From: Mobula hypostoma
Taxonomy: Eukaryota
DNA length: 64,000 nucleotides
Reading direction: 5' to 3'
Assembly: GCF_963921235.1 (NCBI RefSeq)
Contig: NC_086097.1
Location: 12,772,001-12,836,000, forward strand
Shown here: one piece after another, positions 1 through 12,861 of the stretch
Numbering within the stretch: position 1 is the stretch's first letter
How the letters are laid out: every line of letters begins with the position of its first letter
The notes under the pieces: model-generated
What the model was told of the DNA's origin: nothing
Databases searched by the model: none
What the model saw: the letters and a program-made list of their open reading frames with translations, nothing else
Program-made: the position numbers and the translations under genes

Positions 1-150
1 ACCCATATGCTCAATTAAACTACTAACCCATATGACTTTTAGAAAGTGGGAGGAAAGCAAAGCGCCAGGAGGAAACCTTAGCAGTCTTGAGGAGATTGAA
101 CCCAATTTGCTGATGTTGTAACAGTGTTACACTGACTGCTGTGCTACCAT
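1..150 (-). mobile_element. V-SINE/HE1-like SINE fragment
   Basis: The reverse complement of gtgggaggaaagcaaagcgccaggaggaaacc resembles the V-domain core GGTTTCCTCCGGGTGCTCCGGTTTCCTCCCAC, also seen at 40300-40340. Confidence 0.55.
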
Positions 151-378
151 CCCTGATTCTGTGAACTACAACCATCTGTCTTTACAGAGGTGTGGTTCAA
201 CTCAGTGTATATGGGTTTCTATCCATTTCAAGCTTATCTGTCCCCGTGACACTGCACTCAGTCAAAGACAACCTTGATCAAGAAAAGCACTTATACCTCA
301 CCTCTGGAATTCAACTTCTTTAGCTCCAGGGCAGTTTATGTGGGCAGCAACAATGGTGCAGCCAATGGAGTAACAAGT

Positions 379-470
379 ACACAAAGTGCTGGAGGAACTC
401 AGCTGGTCGGGCAGCATCAATGGAGGGAAATGAACAGTTGAAGTTTCGTGCCGAGATCCTTCAGCCAGTA
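379..470 (-). mobile_element. Penelope-like pseudo-LTR fragment with degenerate hammerhead; continues at 3036-3265 after a CR1 insertion
   Basis: gctggaggaactcagc...gcagcatc...aacagttgaagtttcg...ccttc matches the terminal repeat that follows the GIY-YIG ORF at 55415-55513. The purine-rich continuation resumes at 3036. Confidence 0.7.
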
Positions 471-3035
471 TAAGAAACATAGAAACATAGAAAATAGGTG
501 CAGGAGTAGGCCATTCGGCCCTTCGAGCCTGCACCGCCATTTATTATGATCATGGCTGATCATCCAACTCAGAATCCTGCACCAGCCTTCCCTCCATACC
601 CCCTGATCCCCGTAGCCACAAGGGCCATATCTAACTCCCTCTTAAATATAGCCAATGAACTGGCCTCAACTGTTTCCTGTGGCAGAGAATTCCACAGACT
701 CACCACTTCCTGTGTGAAGAAGTTTTTCCTAATCTCAGTCCTAAAAGGCTTCCCCTTTATCCTCAAACTGTGACCCCTTGTTCTGGACTTCCCCAACATT
801 GAGAACAATCTTCCTGCATCTAGCCTGTCCAATCCCTTTAGGATTTTATACGTTTCAATCAGATCCCCCCTCAATCTTCTAAATTCCAACGAGTACAAGC
901 CTACTTCATCCAGTCTTTATTCATATGAAAGTCCTGCCATCCCAGGAATCAATCTGGTGAACCTTCTTTGTACTCCCTCTATGGCAAGGATGTCTTTCCT
1001 CAGATTAGGGGACCAAAACTGCACACAATACTCCAGGTGTGGTCTCACCAAGGCCTTGTACAACTGCAGTAGTACCTCCCTGCTCCTGTACTCGAATCCT
1101 CTCGCTATAAATGCCAGCATACCATTCGCCTTTTTCACCGCCTGCTGTACCTGCATGCCCACTTTCAATGACTGGTGTATAATGACACCCAGGTCTCGTT
1201 GCACCTCCCCTTTTCCTAATCGGCCACCATTCAGATAATAATCTGTTTTCCTATTTTTGCCACCAAAGTGGATAACTTCACATTTATCCACATTAAATTG
1301 CATCTGCCATGAATTTGCCCACTCACCCAACCTATCCAAGTCACCCTGCACCCTCTTAGCATCCTCCTCACAGCTAACACTGCCGCCCAGCTTCGTGTCA
1401 TCCGCAAACTTGGAGATGCTGCATTTAATTCCCTCATCCAAGCCATTAATATATATTGTAAACAACTGGGGTCCCAGCACTGAGCCTTGCGGTACCCCAC
1501 TAGTCACCGCCTGCCATTCTGAAAAGGTCCCGTTTATTCCCACTCTTTGCTTCCTGTCTGCTAACCAATTCTCTATCCACATCAATACCTTACCCCCAAT
1601 ACCGTGTGCTTTAAGTTTGCACACTAATCTCCTGTGTGGGACCTTGTCAAAAGCCTTTTGAAAATCCAAATATACCACATCCATTGGTTCTCCCCTATCC
1701 ACTCTACTAGTTACATCCTCAAAAAATTCTATGAGATTCGTCAGACATTATTTTCCTTTCACAAATCCATGCTGACTTTGTCCGATCATTTCACCGCTTT
1801 CCAAATGTGCTGTTATCACCTCTTTGATAACTGACTCCAGCAGTTTCCCCACCACCGACGTTAGGCTAACCGGTCTATAATTCCCCGGTTTCTCTCTCCT
1901 TCCTTTTTTAAAAAGTGGGGTTACATTAGCCACCCTCCAATCCTCAGGAACTAGTCCAGAATCTAACGAGTTTTGAAAAATTATCACTAATGCATCCACC
2001 ATTTCTTGGGCTACTTCCTTAAGCACTCTGGGATTCCAACCATCTGGCCCTGGGGATTTATCAGCCTTTAATCCCTTCAATTTACCTAACACCACTTCCC
2101 TACTAACATGTATTTCGCTCAGTTCCTCCATCTCACTGGACCCTCTGTCCCCTACTATTTCTGGAAGATTATTTATGTCCTCCTTAGTGAAGACAGAACC
2201 AAAGGAATTATTCAATTGGTCTGCCATGTCCTTGCTCCCCATAATCAATTCACCTGTTTCTGTCTGTAGGGGACCTACATTTGTCTTTACCAGTCTTTTC
2301 CTTTTTACATATCTATAAAAGCTTTTACAGTCAGTTTTTATGTTCCCTGCCAGTTTTCTCTCATAATCTTTTTTCCCCTTCCTAATTAAGCCCTTTGTCC
2401 TCTGCTGAACTCTGAATTTCTCCCAGTCCTCAGGTGAGCCACTTTCTCTGGCTAATTTGTATGCTTCTTCTTTGGAATTGATACTATCCCTAATTTCCCT
2501 TGTCAGCCACGGGTGCACTACCTTCCTTGATTTATTCTTTTGCCAAACTGAGATGAACAACTGTTGTAGTTCATCCATGCAATCTTTAAATGCTTGCCAT
2601 TGCATATCCACCGTCAACCCTTTAAGTGTCATTTGCCAGTCTGTCTTAGCTAATTCACGACTCATACCTTCAAAGTTACCCTTCTTTAAGTTCAGAACCT
2701 TTGTTTCTGAATTAACTATGTCACTCTCCATCTTAATGAAGAATTCCACCATATTATGGTCACTCTTACCCAAGGGGCCTTTCACGACAAGATTGCAAAT
2801 TAACCCTTCCTCATTGCTCAAAACCCAGTCCAGAATAGCCTGCTCTCTAGTTGGTTCCTCGACATGTTGGTTCAAAAAACCATCCCGCATACATTCCAAG
2901 AAATCCTCTTCCTCAGCACCTTTACCAATTTGGTTTACCCAATCTACATGTAGATTGAAGTCACCCATTATAACTGCTGTTCCTTTATTGCACACATTTC
3001 TAATTTCCTGTTTAATACCATCTCCGACCTCACTA
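471..3035 (-). mobile_element. Young 5'-truncated CR1 LINE (ORF2: C-terminal part of APE endonuclease + reverse transcriptase)
   Basis: ORFs 1748..2995, 917..1702 and 569..898 lie in one frame separated only by two stop codons. Motifs GDFN, SDHN, KSPGPDG, NYRPVSLTS, YLDFQKAFD, GVPQGSVLGP, KFADD, RPHLEYC; (TTTCTATG)n tail at 471-492. Confidence 0.96.
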
Positions 3036-3269
3036 GGTGGGAAGAGGGGAAGGAATACAGACTGGCAGGTAATAGGTGAAACCAGATGAGGGGGAAGGTG
3101 GGTGTGTGGGGGATGAAATAAGAAGCAAGAAGATGGTAGGTGGAAGAGGTAAAGGACTGAAAAAGAAGAAGTTTGATAGGGGAGGACTGTGGATCATGGG
3201 GAAAAAAGGGAAGGATGGGTGCCAGGAGGAGGTGAGGAGAAAAGTAGGGTGTGAGAAGGGAAGGAATAA

Positions 3270-3400
3270 AGCTACTGCCTCACAGCTCCGTGTTCAATCC
3301 TGACTTATGGTGCTGCCTGCGTGGAGTTTCCATGCCCTTTCTGTGACTGGTTTTCAGCCGGGTCTTTCTGTTGCCCTCCATGCCCAAAGACAGGTTACCC
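3270..3400 (+). mobile_element. Degenerate V-SINE-like fragment
   Basis: ctactgcctcacagctcc...gttcaatcctgac (B box) ...gtggagtt..catg...ctgtgactgg...catgcccaaaga. Confidence 0.5.
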
Positions 3401-3404
3401 AGTC

Positions 3405-4110
3405 ACACAGAACATAGAGCAGTACAGGCCCTTTGCTGTGCAAAACCACTTAAACTGGTAATCAAACGGCTAACTAAACTAATCTCTTCTGCCTACACAA
3501 TGTCCATATATTTCATTTCCCTCACATTCATGTGCCTATCTAAATGTCTCTCGGAAGTCCTTTGTGTTTCTGCCTCAACCTCTTGCGGGAGAGAGAGAGA
3601 GAGATAGCGAAGTTCTGGTTTGTGAACTGTAGTCTGATGGTGATTCTGCTGCTCATAGGGTGGGGAGGTGAGGTGTGGGGGTTTGTGTCGGTACTTTTTC
3701 TGGCATGGGCGGGGGGTGTCAATGGTTTTGCTGCTCCTTGTGGGAAGGGGCGCTTTGGGGCTTCGATGTTTCTATCGTTCATTTTATCGGGATCCTTGTC
3801 TTGTGGATATTTGTGAAGAGTATGAATTTCGGGTTGTATACTGTATACATTTTCTGATATTAAATGTACTTTGAACTACCACCACCCCAGGCAGTGCATT
3901 CCAAGCACCCACCATCCCACCACTCTCTGTGTAAAAAAACTTACCCCTCACATCTCATTTAACATTACCCCTTTTCACCTTAAATGCATGCCCTCTGGTA
4001 TCTGACAATTCAACCCTGAAAGAAAGATGTTGTCTGTCTACTCTGTCCACGCCTCTCATATTAGGGGTTTAAAGCTCTATCAGATTTTCCCTCATCCTCC
4101 GCTGCTCCAC
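3405..4110 (-). mobile_element. Old CR1 3' fragment, split by an insertion at ~3586-3876
   Basis: Similar to the 3' ends at 35401-35800 and 19800-20065. The sequence ...tctgcctcaacc (3580) resumes as accaccaccccaggcagtgcattcc (3878). Confidence 0.6.
3586..3876 (+). mobile_element. 3' part of non-coding retroelement family (related to 8649-9500 and 13690-14005)
   Basis: Shares gaatttc..gttgtatactgtatacattttctgatattaaatg and the GT-rich upstream tract with 9150-9500. Confidence 0.6.
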
Positions 4111-4774
4111 ATTTGGGAGGGTGGGAGGTGGTGAGGAATCCAGGAAAAGCAGGTTACACAGAGAACTGGTGAGGGGCATGGGTTCTCTGTGAGCTAGCAT
4201 GTAATCAAGGGGCTGAATAGTCTCCTTCTATATCATCATCAAAATGATAACGTGGAACTATTTGGACCAGAACCGTACATTGTGCTGGAAAGCACCTTAA
4301 GAGGCCTTGAGGTAGTGAAAGACAGTCTATAAATGCAAGTACTTTGAAGTGATCACGTAAATAAGCCCCAGAGAACAGAGGAAGCCACTAGTCTGCTCAA
4401 CTTTCCTGTTAACTATTTAGCGAGCACTCATCTATGAGCACTCTAAATTTTCTTCATTGAAGTTCCTGTGGAACCACACACAAAAAAAACAGGAATAATA
4501 GAGAAGAGTCAGAAAAGCCCATTCATCTTACTCAAGAACTCAAAAAAATAGCAGTTGTCAGTCATAGGCTCCTTCGCCTTTGAAGCCTACCTCGCCATTC
4601 AATGATCCAATGTCTTTCCTGTACCAGTCTCCACGTCCATCAATTCTGTTAACTTCTTCACTGGTTTTGCCCAGACTTTAGGAAATCCTGGGAGTGGGTC
4701 ATAACAAAAGCTGAAGGATTTCCTGAGCGCCTAAATTCCAGACTGGTAAAGTCATTATATTTCACTTGCTTCTA

Positions 4775-5290
4775 TAGGTGTACCATGGAGAGCATTCTGA
4801 CAGGCTGCATCGCTGTCTGGTATGGGGTGGGGGGCTACTGCACAGGACTGAAAGAAGCTGCAGAGGGTCGTAAATTTAATTGGCTCCATCTTGGGTACTA
4901 GCCTACAAAGTACCCAGGACACTTTCAAGGAGCGGTGTCTCAGAAAGCAGTGTCCATTATTAAGGACCTCCAGCACCCAGGGCATGCCCTTTTCTCACTG
5001 TTATGATCAGGTAGGAGGTACAGAAGCCTGAAGGAACACACTCAGTGATTCAGGAACAGCTTTTCCCCCTCTGTCATCCGATTCCTAAATGGACATTGAA
5101 CCCTTGGACACTACCTCACTTTATTAATATATATTATTTCTGTTTTTGCATGATTTTTAATTTATTCAATATACATATACTGTAATATATTTATTTATTG
5201 TTCTCCTATATTATGCTTTGCATTGAACTGCTGCTGCTAAGTTAACAAATTTCATGACACAGGCCGATGGTAATAAACCTGATTCTGACT
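4775..5290 (+). mobile_element. Rex1/Babar-type LINE 3' fragment
   Basis: Degenerate coding for ESILT..W.G...KLQRV...IIKD..HPGHALFSLL.SGRRYRSL...FRNSFFP; 3' UTR ends aataaacctgattctga. Confidence 0.75.
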
Positions 5291-5291
5291 G

Positions 5292-5295
<4 letters not shown>

Positions 5296-5323
<28 letters not shown>

Positions 5324-5412
5324 GTATCTCTCCTCCACCCTCTCTCTCTCTATCTAATTCTCTCTCTCCGCCCTTCCCTCTCCCTCTCTCTCTCATCTCT
5401 CTCTCACACACA
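5296..5412. repeat. (CT)n / (CA)n microsatellite tract
   Basis: Directly visible. Confidence 0.9.
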
Positions 5413-6084
5413 CAAACTCAATTCCTTCCTCACAACCATAATAAATACAAGATCTATTCAAGCTCATTTTTGATCTTGTTTTCATCTAAAGATCTAAGGA
5501 GTAAGCTGGTCACTTGAGCGGTTATCAAAAAATCAACAGTCACAGTTCTTGGCATTGCTCACACCAGCAATTCAGGTATATTAACCCCAGGAACCTGAAA
5601 CATCACCAATGTGAAAAGGTATTATAAGACAGTGGGAAAATACAAACTGCTGGACTCGTTCCAGCTACAGGCCTGTGCTCTGCAGAATATGCTTTGAAAG
5701 AGAGATACAATCAGAATTATCGCTAATGCAGACTGGTAGAGACATCCGGTGTGGAAACCTGAGTCTTTACATAACTGACTCACAGGTGTGTGTCAGTTCC
5801 AGAGACATGTGAAAGCAAAATCCCAATGTTGCAGCTCCTAAAGTCAAAAAGTCCAAAGTATTTCTGAAGACTTTCTGGCTTCCATTGTCTACAAGGCTCC
5901 TATATTTTATATCTGAGTTTCGAGGATGTATTTCAGGATTACACTGAAATTAATGCTTCGTAAAAATCTTGCACCATTTAGACTTAACAATGGTGTTGTT
6001 AAAGATTGCAAGAGAAAACTGATGTTCAGAAATTATTGTTCCTCCGCAGGGTGGAGAAGCAGTGCCTTATATTCTGACTGAGTA

Positions 6085-6610
6085 GCCTCCAACATGATGA
6101 TATTGATTTCTCCCTCTGGTAAAAAATATTCCCTCCCCATCTCCACCTTCTATTTCCTACTCTGGCCTCTAACTTCTTCTTATTCCCCCTGGTCCCCTCC
6201 TCCTTCCCTTCTCCAAATGGTCCACTCTCCTCTCCTACCAGATTCCTTCCTCTCCAGCTCTTTTCCTTTCCCCCTCACTTGGCTTCACCTATTACATTCT
6301 AGCTAGTTTTCCTCCCCTCCCCTCACCTTTTTATTCTGGCATATCCTTTCCTTCTCAGTCCTGAAGAAGAGACTCGGCCCGGAACGACGGTTCAATGAAG
6401 TTTCTAGAAATGTTAAGTTCCTTTGTCTCTGTAACACCTCACCCTCCTTCATCTTCTGTTTCACCAACTAACTTGTTCTTCAGTCCTGATGTAAACTCTC
6501 AGCTTGAAACATCAATTGTCTGCTTCTAGATTCACAGCTTCTGCCTGACTTGAGCTCTTCCAGCATTTTGTGTGGTTTGTTCTAGAAATCCATCATCTTC
6601 AGAACCTCTA
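6085..6610 (+). mobile_element. Penelope-like 3' region with two degenerate pseudo-LTR/hammerhead copies
   Basis: agcctccaacatgatgatattgatttctcc (end of GIY-YIG ORF), pyrimidine tract, agtc-ctgaaga-agagactcggccc-ggaac at 6357 and cagtcctgatg...gaaacatc at 6481. Confidence 0.7.
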
Positions 6611-6719
6611 ATTTATATGTTTTAATTCTTTGTCGGTTGTAATGAAAAGTCTTCGACCTGAAGCAGTAAGTATTATTCTTTTTCAGAGATTCTGCCTGAA
6701 CTGCTATGTTTTCTACACT

Positions 6720-7251
6720 CAGCTGCCATCATGGGTGAAGCCCTCGCAACCTCTGAGTGCATCTCCATGAATCATTGTCACAGGGAAGCAGCATCCATCA
6801 TCAAGGACCCCGACCACATAGGACATGCTCTCTTCTCACTGCTGCCATCAGGACTCTCATCACCAGGTTCAGGAACAGGCACTACCCCTCAATCGTCAGG
6901 CTCTTGAACCAATGCAGATAACTTCACTCAACTTCACTTGCCTCATCATTGAAATATTTCCACAACCAATCAACTCACTTTCAAGGATTCTTCATCTGAT
7001 GTTCTTGATATTTATTGTTTATTTATGTATTGTTGTTGTTGTTATTATTAGTAGTATTATTTCTTCCTTTTGTATTCGCAGTTTGTTGTCTTCTGCACTC
7101 TGATTGAATGCCCCAGTTGGGCTGTCCTTCATTGCTTCTGTTATAGTTGTAATTCTATAGATTTATCGAGTAGGCCCACAAGAAAATGAATCTCGGGGTT
7201 GTAGATGGTGCAAATATATGAACGTTGATAATAAAATTTACTTTGAACTTT
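6720..7251 (+). mobile_element. Rex1/Babar-type LINE 3' fragment
   Basis: KAASIIKD..H.GHALFSLLPSG motif; tail ataataaaatttactttgaactt. Confidence 0.7.
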
Positions 7252-8550
7252 GGAGTTTATTTCGACCATCTTATGAACATGAAAGATGGTGTTATCATTG
7301 GGTAGATCAGCAAAAACATCTTTGAAGATACGCCCACATTCAGGCAACTAACCTTTGATAAATTATTCACCATAATTCTCATCTCCAGTCCTTACACATT
7401 TGAGTGTCCCTTTCAGAATGCTCTTTATCAAAGTTAGGAGTGTGGCTTCCAAAACTCGTAAATAATTGTTTCCAAAAGGAACCTGACAAAGGAAAGGAAA
7501 ATATCTAAATACTTATAAATTCAATAAATTAACTTAATTCCATTTTCTATTATTGCTCTTCTAAGTCAGTAGGTTTGCTATTAGCCCAGAGTCTGTTTGC
7601 CTCCACAAATAATTCTCTGCAGCATGACTCTCATAAATATAGGAATATCCTCCTACACATCAAACTCCAGCACATTATTACCAGATGAATTTTTCAGCTT
7701 ATTTTAATGATAGGCCTTCCTGCAGGCCCTTCGAAAAGGTTTGCACATGTAGTAGATAGAGTGGATATGCTGAGTCTCTTTCTAAATTTAGGTGGACACT
7801 GCAAAGTTCTCTCTTCAAAAGTCTTCCAAGACTTTTATGTCTTCTAAGGTCTTCCTAAGAGTGCACTGCTTGTCTGTGTGCTCTGTAATATTGATTTACT
7901 TTGAACTAGAGGGGATAACTTCATTCAACTTCAATCACACAAACACTGAACTGATTCCACAACCTATGGACACACTCTCAAGGATTCTACAAGTTATGTT
8001 CCCGATATCCATTACTTAATTATGTTACGTTTTGAAACTCCAGAAGCCAATCAAAAGAACAGAGGATCCAGAATAATACTTTGTCTCTTGTTAGTTTTCC
8101 CATTATAAGTTGCAAAGCTAATCCTTTGTCACTGTCATCATTAACAGATTTTTCATTAACAGCATGCAGATTTGTTCTCTTTTTGAAACTGCAACTTGAC
8201 TTTTTATCTTTTTCTCTTCCCTGTGTAGTACATTTGTTTTTGTCTGTCTGATATGCTTATTGTACATGTCCTACCTTTTTGCACTTTCTGCGAGTTTCAT
8301 CTTTAAATCCGCATTTGTCTAGGGTATGCGTCCCTGCCATAACAGTAACATGATTTTGTTTAGCCAGGAAGGTTTCTGTTTCTGCCTAATTGTGTTGATA
8401 TCCATGCATTAAAAAAGGTTGGGAATCCCTGGTTTGGGCTTTCACCTATGTCAACTCACGTATATATATAGACTAAAGAACAATACCTCACCTATGTGAA
8501 TTAATATGCATTCTACATTGAGCTGGAGTTTATAGCTAAACAGGGAGGAG

Positions 8551-9617
8551 TGTAGTATTTAATATTTCAGTGATACTTGAGTGATATTGTAAATATATTG
8601 TTTGATTAAGCATTCTTTGTTTGCTTACATAATTTATCGTGAGTTATACAGAGGGCAGAGCAAAGTCAAGATGGCGCTAAATGGCGACTCCTTTGCTTGC
8701 ATTTTCTGAAACAGCTCTATTTCTATCTTTGATCTCTCTTTTTCCTTTTCAAGGTTCTTTTGAAGACCCTGACCTGGAGTTACACTCTGCCTTTGGTTCT
8801 TTGCAGGAATGGGTCCTGCTCCCAGGGCCTCACGACCGGCCGCTTTTTGATATCCCAAAGGCTCAGTCTGGAAGACCAGCATGCATTCAGGGTTCCATAT
8901 TTTCGTGGCTCTGGAGACGTGCTGATTCTAGGCCGGTGACCCTGACTGAGGCACCGCGGGAGAACACAGAACATCGGGAGCAGTGGGTTAGCTGCTGTGG
9001 GTTGTGTGTACAGAGATCTGCGCTTTTCTGGGGCCGACTCTTTGACCACAGTGCTGGGAAAAAGCGACACGACAGACTTTTAACATCATAAATCAGTGAG
9101 TTGTTTGTTATGTCTCCCCACTCAATGTGCAACAGGGACACCTTCTTTTCCCTTATTAAGGAGAGAGCGAGCCTGTAGTATGTCGAATTACTGGGTGAAC
9201 GAGTAGACTCTTCGAGGTACTGCTAGTCTGTATCTTTATTGATGCTTGCTGCACGCTTGAGTGCGTGGTGGAGGGTGCTGATGCTTTTCGCTGGAGGGGG
9301 GTGGTGGTTGTTGCCTTGCTGCTGCTTGTGGGCAGGAGGGGGGAATCTGGTGGGGGGCTTTGGGGTTCTTACGTTTAATTGTCATTCATTCTCTGGGCCA
9401 CTCCTCTGTTATCATGGATGTTTGCGAAGATAAAGAATTTCAGCATGTATATTGTATACATTTCTCCGATATTAGATGCACCTATTGAAATCTATTGAAA
9501 AGTGCGTGAATGGCCACACGTGAGTGTCTCACTAACGGGAAAAAAAAACAAGTAGACAAGTTATCCTGGCTCCCATGCTTTTCTTTCAATTTGTTTCTGA
9601 AGATATAAAGTATAACA
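8551..9617 (+). mobile_element. Solo-LTR-like repeat (TG...ACA), split by the 8649-9500 insertion
   Basis: Homologous to 18423-18656 and 45629-45820 (tatttaatattt...ttgattaa(g)cattctt...agtaaa); ends in taaca. Confidence 0.5.
8649..9500 (+). mobile_element. Non-coding, non-autonomous retroelement with AAGATGGCG head and (CTATTGAA) tail
   Basis: Interrupts the LTR-like repeat. AAGATGGCG at 8668-8676; tandem ctattgaaa at 9482-9500; no RT motifs. Confidence 0.6.
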
Positions 9618-9808
9618 GCTAGTTTATTATTTTTTTCTTGTTTTTCCTTTCTTTTCGGATTTGCAGTTTGTTGTCCTTTTGCACATTCATTGTTTATCTT
9701 TGTTATGTGGTTTTCCTTGGATTCTATTGCATTTCTTTGTATCTACTGTGACTGTCTGTAAGAAAATGAATCTCAGGGTTGTATATGAAGATATATTCAT
9801 AATAAATT

Positions 9809-10499
9809 AGATTAGATTAGATTATTAGATTATGAGGACACACAATCCTCTTTTATTGTCATTTAGTAGTGCATGCATTAAGAAATGATACAATGTTCCT
9901 CCAGAATGATATCACAGAAACACAAGACAAACCAAATGAAAAACTGACAAAAACCACATAATTATAACATATAGTTACAACAGTGCAAAGCAATGCCGTA
10001 ACTTGATGAAGAACAGACCATGGGCACGGTAAAAAAAAAAGTCTCAAAGTCTTTCGAAAGTCCCATCGTCTCATGCAGATGGTGGAAGGAAGAAAAAAAA
10101 ACTCTCCCTAGCATGAACCTCTAGCGCTGCAAACTTGCCGATGCAGCACCCTGGAAGCACCCGACCACAACCGACTCTTGAGTCCGTCCGAAAACTTCGA
10201 GCCTGCGACCAGATCTCCAACACTGAGCACCGAGTACCATCTCTGCCGAGCGCTTCGACCCCAGCCCCGGAAACAGGCATTAGACAAAGCAGAGGATTTG
10301 GGGCCTTCTTGATTCTTGATCGCACAGTAGCAGCGGCAGCGAAGCGGGCATTTCAGAAGTTTCTCCAGATGTTCCTCTGAGCTTCTCACGGCTGTCTCCA
10401 TCAAATCAGGATTGTCTACGGCCCCTACTTAACAGATACGATATCATTTCGGAGCGACCGCGCGTGCTGCGCACCGCCATCTTCTGCCACCCCCCCCAT
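9809..10499 (-). mobile_element. Non-coding retroelement with AAGATGGCG head, (AATCT)n tail and 7-bp TSD
   Basis: TSD ATAAATT at 9802-9808 and 10500-10506, inside a Rex-type 3' UTR. CGCCATCTT at 10475-10483; (ttaga)n at 9807-9832; CpG-rich, so probably young. Confidence 0.75.
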
Positions 10500-10809
10500 A
10501 TAAATTGACTTCAAACTTTGACGTTCAAGTATTAGTTCGGTTAACGTCCTGCTTCCAACGTGTGGCTCCAATGTACTTTCACGCAACCTTCTCTCCAGTG
10601 GAAGATTAAGAAATAATGATCCATAAACTTTATGTGTTACATTTAATATTATCCTGATTACAAACTCAGAATAAAGAATGTAGGCGGGTGGGGGGTGTGG
10701 GGAGGTTCATGAAATGACATCAAATGCAAGTGGGTGTCGCCTGGTTCAGCATGGCTGCAAAATTAAATTGAAACCTTGGATTCAAGCCAGATGTTCACGT
10801 TGCTACCAA

Positions 10810-11665
10810 GGTTGAGGAAGTTGGTGCAAATCTCCCCCTAGACCTGAGCTCAGAGAATTATTTCCAGTGAGATATTTGATGATGCTTTGGTTTTAATTTT
10901 CCAAACTTCTCAACATTTGTGGAAGATTGCTCTAGATTGGAAAACCTAATTTTTTTTTCGAAGTGGCAGAGAGACAGAAAATAGGACAGTCAACACTTGA
11001 AATAGGAGGAGTGTTAGATCTCATGAAAGACATTATAACAAACTACTTTCAAAGTAGTCATGCAAAGTCAACAGGGTTTTATGAAAAGGAAATTATATTT
11101 GACCAAAATGCTTGAGTTCCTTGAAAAAGAAACACACTACATCAAAAGGGGGAATTGGTGGAAATAATATAGCTGCATTGGAGAGGATCTCAAGGAGGTT
11201 TGCAAGAACAATTCAGAGAACAAAAGGGTTAATATTGAAAGAGCGCTTAATGGCTCTGGGCCTAGACTCACTGGAGTTCAGAAGAATGAAGCAGGGAGAT
11301 CTCATTAAAACCTATCAAATATTGAAAGATGTAGATAGGGTGGATATGCAGAGTATGTTTCTTATATTGAGGGAGTTTAGGACCAGAGAGCACACCTCAG
11401 AATTGAGGGACATCCATTTAGAACAGAGAGGAGGAGGAATTTCTTTAGCTAGAGAGTGGTGAATTTGTGGAATTTAATACCACAGACAATTGGGGAGGCC
11501 AAGTCATTGGGTGAATTTAAAATAGGGATTGATTAATCAGTGTGTCAAAGGTTATGGGGGGGAGGAGGAGAATGGGGTTGAGAGGGATAATAAATCAGCT
11601 ATGAAGGAATAGTGGAGCAGACTCAATGGACCAAATAGCCAAATTCTGCTCCTATGTCTTATGTT
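10810..11665 (+). mobile_element. Degraded CR1 RT/3' fragments
   Basis: Remnants of KSP.PD and Q.GFMK.K; ORF 11112..11462 LER..RRF.R...LGL.SLEFRRM..DLI; tail tcctatgtcttatg. Confidence 0.75.
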
Positions 11666-12861
11666 TTTCTACTTCCTTAGGAGTTTGCATTGATTGCAAG
11701 GAAATAAATCACAGTGCTGTATATCGCGACATATATGCACTTTGATAATAAATTTACTTTGACCTTTGAACTTTATTTTCAGAAGGCATTTGATAAGATG
11801 CCATACCAAAAGTTATTGCTGAATGTAACTTTTTGCTTGATAGTTTAATTCTTATTGTACATATTGATGTGTTGATTTAATTACTTTAATGTATTTTTTG
11901 TTGTTGATTTTCAATAATAATTAATAAAAAGATTTCAAAAAAAGATTTAAAGAACTTTTTGCAAGATGAGAAATAACATTTTGGCATGGTTAATAGATTT
12001 GCAAGGTATCAGGAGACTAAATAGACATCAATGGCTGGCAAGGTATAATCAACGGTTACCACTGTGCCTAATTTTTCTATAATTTATGCAACCTTTGGAT
12101 GAAGTTCAAATTCAAGTTCAAGCTTATTGTCATGGGCATATTTACCAAATGTATAAATATCATGAAAATTAGGTTTTCTCAGCAGCAACGCAGTACATTG
12201 CAAGCATGACAAACATGAATTGTATACAATTAAATTAACATAAACTTTGCATAACTTGCATGGTAAAACAAACAAAAATAAACATAGCAGCCATTGCGCA
12301 AGTTGAGGGAAATATAGTCCGAGATAGAATTGGGGTTTTTTATGTCAGTTCAAGAACCCGATGGCAGTGGGAAGGGAGCCGTTGTTGAAACTTGAGGTGT
12401 AGGTCCTCAGCCTACTATTCCTCCTGTTTGACGGCAGCGACAAGAAGAGTGCACAGTCCAGTTGATGGAGGTGCATAATAATAGGGGTTATGCTAAAGTT
12501 ATGATTGCTGAATTCACTAATAATAAAAGGCAGGTGGGAAAGTAAGTTGTGAAGAGGACATAAGTATGGTACAGTACCTTAGATAGGTTAACGTAGTAGG
12601 TGAAACCAATCCATTGTGGTAAATGTTGGAAAATGTGAAATTGTTCTTTTGACAGGGATTTTAAAGAAAAAGTATGAAATCTGAATGGTGATAGACTGCG
12701 GAAATCTGAAATCCAGAGAGATCTGAACATCTTAGATCATGTAAATTTTAAACTCAAGACGTTCTGCCCACCCACCTTCCCTCTCACTTGGCTTCACCAA
12801 TCACCTGCCAGATTTAACCCCTTCTCCTCCCCCATCTTCTTATCCTGGCATCTTCCCTTCT

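Noticed and set aside
957..3089. Long antisense ORFs over CR1 copies (e.g. 2457..3089, 1257..1661, 61147..61608)
   Set aside because: Shadow ORFs on the opposite strand of RT coding sequence, with no independent motifs.
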